A DNA stretch of 64,000 nucleotides, from the NCBI GenBank assembly GCA_018823905.1, contig JAHJHL010000044.1:40150-104149 (forward strand), read 5' to 3'. The stretch is from Alphaproteobacteria bacterium (GTDB taxonomy: Bacteria; Pseudomonadota; Alphaproteobacteria; Sphingomonadales; Sphingomonadaceae). The notes under the pieces were generated by a model that had not been told where the DNA came from, ran no database searches, and saw only the letters and a program-made list of their open reading frames with translations. Below are positions 57,144-64,000 of the stretch, piece by piece (the first letter of the stretch is position 1; every line of letters starts with the position of its first letter). The position numbers and the translations under genes were made by a program.

Positions 57144-57229
57144 CCGTTCGCCCTGAGCTTGTCGAAGGGCCGTTCTTGGTTGCGATGTTAGAAGGAAGGA
57201 CGGTGCTTCGACAAGCTCAGCACAAACGG
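57144..57229. repeat. REP-like palindromic element (ccgttcgccctgagcttgtcgaag...cttcgacaagctcagcacaaacgg)
   Basis: Long imperfect inverted arms between the carboxylase alpha subunit and MaoC. Confidence 0.85.
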
Positions 57230-57238
57230 GGAGGGGTG

Positions 57239-59077
57239 TCATTCTTCCTTCTCAATCCGCACCAGCAACGCCTCAACCTGCACCTGCGCGCCTGCGGTCG
57301 CATTGAGCTCGGCCACCACGCCGTCGAACGGCGCGGTCAGGCTATGCTCCATCTTCATCGCTTCGAGGGTGAGCAATTTCTGGCCTTTGGTCACTGTGTC
57401 GCCCGCAGCGACTTCGACCGCAATTACTTTGCCGGGCATAGGCGAAAGGATGGCGCCGTCGCCAGCTGCTCCGCCCGCGCCGCCCGCGGCGCGCCAAGGG
57501 GTGAGTTGCCACACGGAACCGCCTTCGGCGACGAGCATTGCAGGTACCGGTTCGTCGGTGCCGGGGCCGTGCAGGTCGACCTCGACACGCTTTCCATCGA
57601 GCAGAAAGGCTGCGGAGCGCACGTCGGGTGCGTTGAGACGGAAACCCGCCTGCAGCGAGTGCGGGACGATCGCCATCGCGGCGTTGGTGAGGGCTTCGAT
57701 CGTGGGAGCGGGCTCTTCGGTCATCGCATCGCCATCGCGGCCGATGAGCCCGGTATCGACGGTGCCTGCCACGAAGTCTTGATGAGCGAGCGCATTGATC
57801 AGGAAGGCCGAATTGGTCTTCACCGGCCAGATCGCGCTGTCCTCCAGCATCTCCGACAGCAGCTCGCGCGCTTCCTCACGATCGTCGCCATAAGCGATAA
57901 CCTTAGCGATCATCGGGTCATAGAAGGGCGAGACTCCGGCGCCTTCATAAACGCCGGTGTCGACGCGGCCGAGGTGCTCGGGAAGCTGGAACAGTTCGAG
58001 CGTGCCGATCGACGGCAGGAAACCCTTGGCGGGATCCTCGGCATAAAGCCGCGCTTCCATCGCCCAGCCGTTGATCGACAGCTCCTCCTGCCGCAGCGGC
58101 AACACCTCACCGCTCGCCACCCGCAATTGCCACTCAACCAGATCGACCCCGGTGATCTCCTCGGTCACGGGATGCTCGACCTGCAACCGCGTGTTCATTT
58201 CCATGAACCAGATGCGGTCGGCGCGCAGGCCTTCGCTGGCGTCGGCGATAAATTCGATCGTCCCGGCGCCGACATAATCGACCGCCTGCGCCGCGCGCAC
58301 CGCGGCGGCGCACAGCGCTTCGCGGGTGACCTCGTCCATGCCGGGGGCAGGGGCTTCTTCGATCACCTTCTGGTGGCGGCGTTGCAGCGAGCAGTCGCGC
58401 TCGAACAAATGGACGACATTGCCGTGGGTGTCGCCGAACACCTGCACCTCGATATGGCGCGGGGTCAGGATATATTTCTCGATCAGCACATGATCGTTGC
58501 CGAACGAGGCCGCCGCCTCGCGCTGGCATGAGGCGAGCGCGTCGATGAAGTCGGGCGCGGCATCGACCTTGCGCATCCCCTTGCCGCCGCCGCCCGCGAC
58601 CGCCTTGATCAGGACCGGATAGCCGATTTCGGCGGCGCGCTCGGCGAGGAAGGCGGGGTCCTGGTTTTCGCCCATATAGCCGGGAGTGACGGACACGCCG
58701 GCTTCGGCCATTAGCTTCTTCGCGGCGTCCTTAAGCCCCATCGCGGTGATCGACGAAGGATTCGGCCCGACCCACACGAGCCCCGCGTCGGCGACCGCCT
58801 GCGCGAACTCGGCATTTTCGGAGAGGAAGCCGTAACCCGGATGGATCGCCTCGGCTCCCGTCGCCTTGGCAGCAGCAATGATCTTTTCGCCGACCAGATA
58901 GGATTCGCGCGCTGGCGACGGGCCGATGTGGACGGCCTCGTCGGCCTGCCGGACATGCAGCGCCTTGGCGTCGGCATCCGAATAGACCGCAACGGTCCGA
59001 ATGCCCATCTCGCGCGCAGTGCGGATGATGCGGCAGGCGATCTCGCCGCGATTGGCGATGAGCAGGGATTGGATCAT
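57239..59077 (-). CDS. liuD: 3-methylcrotonyl-CoA carboxylase biotin carboxylase/BCCP subunit
   Basis: LIANRGEIACR, IHPGYGFLSEN, KAVAGGGGKGMR, ERDCSLQRRHQK, EMNTRLQVEHPVTE and biotin site EAMKME. Confidence 0.92.
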   Translation of the reverse strand: MIQSLLIANRGEIACRIIRTAREMGIRTVAVYSDADAKALHVRQADEAVHIGPSPARESYLVGEKIIAAAKATGAEAIHPGYGFLSENAEFAQAVADAGLVWVGPNPSSITAMGLKDAAKKLMAEAGVSVTPGYMGENQDPAFLAERAAEIGYPVLIKAVAGGGGKGMRKVDAAPDFIDALASCQREAAASFGNDHVLIEKYILTPRHIEVQVFGDTHGNVVHLFERDCSLQRRHQKVIEEAPAPGMDEVTREALCAAAVRAAQAVDYVGAGTIEFIADASEGLRADRIWFMEMNTRLQVEHPVTEEITGVDLVEWQLRVASGEVLPLRQEELSINGWAMEARLYAEDPAKGFLPSIGTLELFQLPEHLGRVDTGVYEGAGVSPFYDPMIAKVIAYGDDREEARELLSEMLEDSAIWPVKTNSAFLINALAHQDFVAGTVDTGLIGRDGDAMTEEPAPTIEALTNAAMAIVPHSLQAGFRLNAPDVRSAAFLLDGKRVEVDLHGPGTDEPVPAMLVAEGGSVWQLTPWRAAGGAGGAAGDGAILSPMPGKVIAVEVAAGDTVTKGQKLLTLEAMKMEHSLTAPFDGVVAELNATAGAQVQVEALLVRIEKEE

Positions 59078-59571
59078 AGCCGGTCCTCCCCGGATCGGGG
59101 AGAGGGACCATCCGAAGGATGGTGGAGGGGCCGCAAGCTATCGGCCAAAGCGAGGATGGATTGCGCTGTCGCCGCCGCATCCTTTAAAACATCAACAGCC
59201 GCTATCCGCACGATGTGCCATCCTCTCTCGTTTAAAATCCTGTCGCGCCGCGCGTCTCGTTCCGGGCGATCGGTCAAATCATGCGCCAGTCCATCAACCT
59301 CGACGAGCAATCGAACTTCGACACATGCAAAATCGGCGATGTAGTCGAGCACAGGAAACTGACGCCGAAATTTCAGTCCGGTCCGCTTGCCACGCAACTC
59401 GCGCCACAACAGCCCTTCTGGCAACGTCATTTCCCGTCGCAGCTTGCGCGCAAGCTTCACCGTCTTTGCAGGCGCGCCCACCGTCCGACGCCGCACCCGC
59501 CCTAATTCCTCCCCGGAACGGGGAGGGGGACCGCCCGAAGGGTGGTGGAGGGGCCGAGCGCTATCGGTCAT
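59074..59571 (-). CDS. DUF559/Vsr-like endonuclease domain protein embedded in repeats
   Basis: ARKLRREMT.PE.LLW..LR...KFRRQ.P...YIADF......LLVEVDG..H......RDARRD..L...GW...R. Stop overlaps the liuD ATG. An alternative GTG start is at 59481. Confidence 0.85.
   Translation of the reverse strand: MTDSARPLHHPSGGPPPRSGEELGRVRRRTVGAPAKTVKLARKLRREMTLPEGLLWRELRGKRTGLKFRRQFPVLDYIADFACVEVRLLVEVDGLAHDLTDRPERDARRDRILNERGWHIVRIAAVDVLKDAAATAQSILALADSLRPLHHPSDGPSPRSGEDRL
59084..59147. repeat. Direct repeat R1 (double GAA/GAT-loop hairpin REP)
   Basis: tcctccccggatcggggagagggaccatccgaaggatggtggaggggccgcaagctatcggcca; 55/64 identical to R2 by manual alignment. Confidence 0.9.
59507..59570. repeat. Direct repeat R2
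   Basis: tcctccccggaacggggagggggaccgcccgaagggtggtggaggggccgagcgctatcggtca. Confidence 0.9.
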
Positions 59572-59599
59572 TCACATGCTTTGGATGGCGAGGTTCCGA

Positions 59600-59646
59600 C
59601 CCCTCCGTCACCGCTTCGCGGCGCCACCTCCCCGTTCCGGGGAGGG
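59600..59646. repeat. Inverted repeat copy R3 (pairs with R2)
   Basis: Reverse complement contains cctccccggaacggggaggtggcgccgcgaagcggtgacggagggg. Confidence 0.88.
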
Positions 59647-59667
59647 ACAAATATGAGGCCGCCATGA

Positions 59668-61266
59668 TCACATCCTGAACACGCCGAACCCGCGGTCCTC
59701 GACCGGGGCGTTCAGCGTTGCGGCAAAAGCCAGCCCGAGCACGTCGCGCGTCTGCGCGGGGTCGATGATGCCGTCGTCCCACAGGCGCGCGGTCGCGTGG
59801 TACGGGTTGCCTTCGTCCTCGTATTTCTGGCGGATCGGCGCCTTGAAGGCTTCGGCTTCCTCGGGTGTCCATTTGTCGGCGTCGCGGTGGACCGTCGCCA
59901 GCACTGATGCTGCCTGTTCGCCGCCCATCACGCTGATCCGCGCATTGGGCCAGGTGAACAGCAAACGTGGGGAATAAGCGCGGCCACACATGCCGTAATT
60001 GCCGGCGCCGAAGCTGCCGCCGATCAGCACCGTGACCTTGGGCACCGTCGCAGTCGCGACCGCGGTCACCAGCTTGGCGCCATGCTTGGCGATGCCCTCG
60101 GCCTCATATTTGCCGCCGACCATGAAGCCGCTGATGTTCTGGAGGAAGAGCAGGGGGATGCGGCGTTGCTGCGCCAGTTCGATGAAATGCGCGCCCTTGA
60201 CCGCGGATTCGCTGAACAGCACGCCGTTGTTGGCGAGGATCGCGACGGGGATGCCCCAGATGTGCGCGAAACCGCAGACCAGCGTGCTGCCGTAATTGGC
60301 CTTGAACTCATGAAACTCGCTGGCGTCGACGATGCGCGCGATTACCTCATGCACATCATAGGGGGCGCGGACATCGTCGGGAACGACGCCGTAGAGCTGC
60401 TCGGGGTCATATTTGGGCGGGCGCGGATCTTTCAGCGCGACATCGAAGCCGGCGTCGGCGCCCAGATGGCTGACGATGTCACGCACGATCGTCAGCGCAT
60501 GCTCGTCATTCTCGGCGAGATGATCGACGACCCCCGACTTGCGCGCATGCAGGTCGCCGCCGCCGAGATCCTCGGCGCTGATTTCTTCCCCCGTCGCGGC
60601 TTTCACCAGCGGCGGACCGGCGAGGAAGATCGTGCCCTGATTGCGGACGATCACCGTCTCGTCGCTCATCGCGGGGACATAGGCGCCGCCCGCGGTGCAG
60701 CTGCCCATCACGCACGCGATTTGCGGGATACGCCGTGCCGACATATTGGCCTGGTTGAAAAAGATGCGCCCGAAATGGTCGCGGTCGGGAAACACCTGGT
60801 CCTGATGCGGCAGGTTCGCGCCGCCGCTGTCGACGAGGTAGATGCACGGCAGGCGATTTTCGAGCGCGATCTCCTGCGCGCGCAAATGCTTTTTCACGGT
60901 CAGCGGGTAGTAGGTGCCGCCCTTCACCGTCGCGTCGTTGCACACGATCATGCACTGGCGCCCCGACACCCGCCCGATGCCGCAGATTAGCCCTGCGCCC
61001 GGGACTTCGCCGTCATAGAGGTCGTTCGCCGCCAGCTGGCCGATTTCGAGAAAGGGCGATCCGGGGTCGAGCAGCCGTTCAACGCGTTCGCGCGGCAGCA
61101 GCTTGCCGCGGCTGGTGTGGCGCTCGCGTGATTTTTCGTTGCCGCCGAGCGCTGCTTCGGCGACGCGCGCCCATAATTCGTCTTTCAGCGCGCGGTTGTG
61201 CGCGGCGCGGATGCGAAACTCGTCGCTGTCGGGATCGACATTGGTGCCAAGGACCGGTGCGCTCAC
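59668..61266 (-). CDS. liuB: 3-methylcrotonyl-CoA carboxylase carboxyltransferase subunit
   Basis: [48 protein letters not shown] and [16 protein letters not shown]. Confidence 0.93.
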   Translation of the reverse strand: MSAPVLGTNVDPDSDEFRIRAAHNRALKDELWARVAEAALGGNEKSRERHTSRGKLLPRERVERLLDPGSPFLEIGQLAANDLYDGEVPGAGLICGIGRVSGRQCMIVCNDATVKGGTYYPLTVKKHLRAQEIALENRLPCIYLVDSGGANLPHQDQVFPDRDHFGRIFFNQANMSARRIPQIACVMGSCTAGGAYVPAMSDETVIVRNQGTIFLAGPPLVKAATGEEISAEDLGGGDLHARKSGVVDHLAENDEHALTIVRDIVSHLGADAGFDVALKDPRPPKYDPEQLYGVVPDDVRAPYDVHEVIARIVDASEFHEFKANYGSTLVCGFAHIWGIPVAILANNGVLFSESAVKGAHFIELAQQRRIPLLFLQNISGFMVGGKYEAEGIAKHGAKLVTAVATATVPKVTVLIGGSFGAGNYGMCGRAYSPRLLFTWPNARISVMGGEQAASVLATVHRDADKWTPEEAEAFKAPIRQKYEDEGNPYHATARLWDDGIIDPAQTRDVLGLAFAATLNAPVEDRGFGVFRM

Positions 61267-61556
61267 TGTAAAGTCTCTCCCCGCTTTTCGTCCGGATGCT
61301 CCGGTTTATCTTTCAGGATCAGGTAACGATAGACGCCGATCGCATTGATGATCAGCAGCGCGATATTCTGCCAACCGATACCTTCGCTGTCAGGTTGCAA
61401 AAAGCCCCATGCGATCAGTGCGATGCTGCTGGTGACAAAGATGACAAAGGCCCAGCCAGTGCGGCGGCGGCCGAGGTTCAGCGACACGATCAACGCCGCG
61501 AGCGTCGCGGCGCCCGCACCATAATATTGCAGGGCGGTGAGTAGCGTGTCGTTCAC
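61263..61556 (-). CDS. Small 3-TM membrane protein
   Basis: GTG 61556 overlaps the upstream stop, and its stop overlaps the liuB start. Hydrophobic helices. Confidence 0.7.
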   Translation of the reverse strand: MNDTLLTALQYYGAGAATLAALIVSLNLGRRRTGWAFVIFVTSSIALIAWGFLQPDSEGIGWQNIALLIINAIGVYRYLILKDKPEHPDEKRGETLQ

Positions 61557-61903
61557 GCCGCCGCGCCCAAGATCGCAAGCACGCCCGACGTGGTCAGGAT
61601 CGGCCAGCCGATGTGACGTCCGCGGGTATAGACGGCGTCGAACAATCCCACCGCGGTCCAAACCCCACCAACCAGCAGGATCAGACCGCGCGGCGTGCCG
61701 GGCCAGATAACGGTCGCGGCCGATACCAGCATCAACACCGACATTGCGTGCCAGGCAAAGCGAAACACCCTGCGCGCCAGATCGACCGCCATGATCCCTT
61801 GATCGAGCGCGAGCAGCGGCTGGATCAATCTTTTCTCGCCCAGCGCGCCATGCACCAAGGCCGTCGTCGCCATAAAGGCCGCCGACAGCCAGAGCCAGAT
61901 CAC
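61553..61903 (-). CDS. Small 4-TM membrane protein
   Basis: GTG 61903 overlaps the liuA stop (GTGA). Carries VHGALGE, FAWH and RHIGW conserved-looking His residues. Confidence 0.72.
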   Translation of the reverse strand: MIWLWLSAAFMATTALVHGALGEKRLIQPLLALDQGIMAVDLARRVFRFAWHAMSVLMLVSAATVIWPGTPRGLILLVGGVWTAVGLFDAVYTRGRHIGWPILTTSGVLAILGAAA

Positions 61904-63069
61904 GCGCCGGCGCCGATCAGTTCGCGGCCGATCAGCATCCGGCGGATCTCGTTGGTCCCCGCGCCGATGTCGAGCAGTTTGGCGTCGCGCCAATAGCGTT
62001 CGACCGGCCAGTCCTTGGTATAGCCCGCGCCGCCGAGCGCCTGGATCGCTTCGCCTGCGACCTTCACGGCATTTTCGCTCGCTAGAAGGATACAACCCGC
62101 GGCGTCGAAGCGGGTCGTCTGTCCCGCATCGCACGCCTTGGCGACGTTATAGACGTAGGAGCGCGCCGACTGGAGCATGACATACATGTCGGCAACCTTG
62201 GCCTGCATCAGCTGGAACGACCCGATCGGCTTGCCGAACTGCTTGCGATCGCGGACATAGGGGATGACGGTATCGAGGCACGCCTGCATGATGCCGAGCT
62301 GGAGCCCGGCGAGCACGACGCGCTCATAGTCGAGCCCCGACATCAGCACGCCGACGCCGCCATTTTTCGGCCCCATCACCTGCTCTTCGGAGACTTCGCA
62401 ATCGTTGAAAACGAGCTCGGCGGTCGGCGAGCCGCGCATCCCGACCTTGTCGATCTTTTGCCCGATGCTGAACCCCGGCATATCCTTTTCGATAAGGAAA
62501 GCGGTGATGCCGCGCGATCCTGCTTCGGGGCTGGTCTTGGCATAGACGACCAACGTGTCGGCGTGCGTCGCGTTGGTGATCCAGAATTTGGTGCCGTTGA
62601 GGACATAGCCGCCCTGAACACGGTCGGCCTTCAGCTTCATCGACACGACGTCGCTGCCCGCGCCCGCTTCGGACATCGCAAGGCTGCCGACATGATCGCC
62701 GCTGATCAGTTTGGGCAGATACTTCGCTTTCTGGTCGGCATTGCCCCAGCGGCGGATCTGGTTGACGCAGAGGTTCGAATGGGCGCCGTAGGACAGGCCG
62801 ATAGCGCCGCTCGCGCGGCTCACTTCTTCGACCGCTATGACATGCTCGAGATAGCCGAGGCCAAGCCCGCCGAACTCTTCTTCGACGGTGATGCCGTGCA
62901 GGCCCAGATCGCCCATCTGCGTCCATAGTTCGTCGCGCGGGAACCAGTCTTCGGCGTCGGCTTTTGCAGCGAGCGGCGCGATCTGTTCGTCGGCGAAGCG
63001 AGCGGTGGTGTCGCGGATCATGTCGGCGGTTTCGCCGAGCGCGAAATCGAAGTCGGGAGTTGCGCGCAT
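61900..63069 (-). CDS. liuA: Isovaleryl-CoA dehydrogenase
   Basis: LSYGAHSNLCVNQ, SLAMSEAGAGSDVVSM, LNGTKFWITN, GLDYERVVL, ALGGAGY and IGAGTNEIRR. Confidence 0.95.
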   Translation of the reverse strand: MRATPDFDFALGETADMIRDTTARFADEQIAPLAAKADAEDWFPRDELWTQMGDLGLHGITVEEEFGGLGLGYLEHVIAVEEVSRASGAIGLSYGAHSNLCVNQIRRWGNADQKAKYLPKLISGDHVGSLAMSEAGAGSDVVSMKLKADRVQGGYVLNGTKFWITNATHADTLVVYAKTSPEAGSRGITAFLIEKDMPGFSIGQKIDKVGMRGSPTAELVFNDCEVSEEQVMGPKNGGVGVLMSGLDYERVVLAGLQLGIMQACLDTVIPYVRDRKQFGKPIGSFQLMQAKVADMYVMLQSARSYVYNVAKACDAGQTTRFDAAGCILLASENAVKVAGEAIQALGGAGYTKDWPVERYWRDAKLLDIGAGTNEIRRMLIGRELIGAGA

Positions 63070-63156
63070 GGATGGGCCTATCGATCGAGGGCGGGACAGG
63101 GCGCGATACTGCCCCAAAAATTGATCATATGGAAATTGAAACGATAGGGGATTTAG

Positions 63157-63173
63157 CATAAGCAAAATCTATG
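63157..63173. promoter_or_regulatory. LysR-type recognition site CATA-N9-TATG (T-N11-A)
   Basis: cataagcaaaatctatg lies in the divergent liuA/LysR gap and overlaps the LysR start codon. Confidence 0.6.
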
Positions 63174-64000
63174 ATTAAACGCGCCCATGTCCGCCAGTTT
63201 CTCGCCGTCGTCGATGCGGGCAGTTTTACCCAAGCAGCGGCGCGGATTCGGGTGACACAGCCGGCGCTGTCGAGCGGCATTGCCGAGCTGGAAAAGCTGG
63301 TCGGCACACCGCTATTCATCCGCAACCGCCGTCAGATTCGGCTGACCGAAGCGGGCGGGCGGTTCTTGCCGATCGCACGCGATCTGGAACGCGGCTTTCG
63401 CGCCGCCGACGATTTCGGCCGCGAGGATGACCGGCAGGCGACCGAACTCAAGCTTGGCGTGATCCGATCGGTCTCAGGGGAGTTTTTGCAGGCGATTGCT
63501 ACGGCGCTGCGGCCTAGCTTTTCCATCGAGCTGATCGAGAACAGCGAATCCGAACTCCGCGCGGCGCTGGGCAGCGGACGCATCAACATGGCGCTGCTCC
63601 CGCTGCGGTCGGGCGAGCGCGGCGATCAGGTTATCCCGTTGTACGAAGAGCCGTTGGCGATGTTCATCGCCGCCGATCATACGCTCGCGGGGCGGATCGA
63701 GGTTGGCCCCGAGGAGCTCGCCGCCGAGACGATGATCGCGCGCCGTTCGTGCGAATTTCTGGATGCGACCAGCCGTTTCTTCACGCGGCACGGCGTGCGC
63801 CCGCGCTTTGCCTTGCGCAGCGAGAGCGATGAACGGTGCCTGCGGATGGTCGCCGCCGGAATCGGCATCACCACCGCGCCGGTATCGCTGGCAATCGAGG
63901 GGATCGTTCCGCTCAAGGTCGCGGGCTATGATTTCCGGCGCGAGTTGGGTTTGATCTTCGATCCGGCGTGGGCGGCCTTGCCCGACGTCGATCCGCGGCT
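63171..64000 (+). CDS. LysR-family transcriptional regulator (3'-truncated; absent from ORF track)
   Basis: MIKRAHVRQFLAVVDAGSFTQAAARIRVTQPALSSGIAELEKLVGTPLFIRNRR HTH. The frame stays open to the window end. Confidence 0.93.
   Translation, partial: MIKRAHVRQFLAVVDAGSFTQAAARIRVTQPALSSGIAELEKLVGTPLFIRNRRQIRLTEAGGRFLPIARDLERGFRAADDFGREDDRQATELKLGVIRSVSGEFLQAIATALRPSFSIELIENSESELRAALGSGRINMALLPLRSGERGDQVIPLYEEPLAMFIAADHTLAGRIEVGPEELAAETMIARRSCEFLDATSRFFTRHGVRPRFALRSESDERCLRMVAAGIGITTAPVSLAIEGIVPLKVAGYDFRRELGLIFDPAWAALPDVDPR

Noticed and set aside
59084-59646. CRISPR array or classical IS element
   Set aside because: Three ~50-64 bp copies in mixed orientation with irregular spacing and no cas genes; no transposase motif or terminal inverted repeats with a short target-site duplication.

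Overview
High-GC alphaproteobacterial chromosome segment, probably a sphingomonad such as Sphingopyxis (inferred from gene content and REP-like repeat families, not from a database search). Positions 1-22 kb hold a Wzy-type capsule/EPS locus built from two convergent operons. The + arm carries O-antigen ligase-like, wza, wzc, a TPR-like protein, GT2, UDP-GlcA decarboxylase, wzy, a KpsS-like transferase and wzx. The - arm carries a priming phosphoglycosyl transferase, an epimerase, pseB, pseC, a PseA/WbuX-HisH-HisF amidination triad, a SpsF-type cytidylyltransferase, a Pse-associated methylase, fused pseG-pseH, pseI and a second methyltransferase. Immediately next to the locus are an orphan phage-tailspike-like beta-helix gene and an internally deleted epimerase pseudogene. 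The remainder is mostly core genome: selO, ugd, tamAB, a yybP-ykoY riboswitch with a UPF0016 Mn exporter, galE, tRNA-Lys, folK, UDG, rppH, korAB, photolyase-cfa, purF, hisI, a LiuR-like regulator with its operator, an acyl-CoA dehydrogenase and a PLD. A leucine-catabolism operon near the right end has MaoC and CitE-like genes where liuC and liuE would be expected. Several of its junctions carry palindromic repeats, and it is interrupted by a DUF559-type endonuclease between 64-bp direct repeats. The best candidates for new biology are the capsule-linked orphan tailspike, the repeat-embedded DUF559 element, and the Cys4-bearing KpsS-like transferase with a multiply modified pseudaminic acid.
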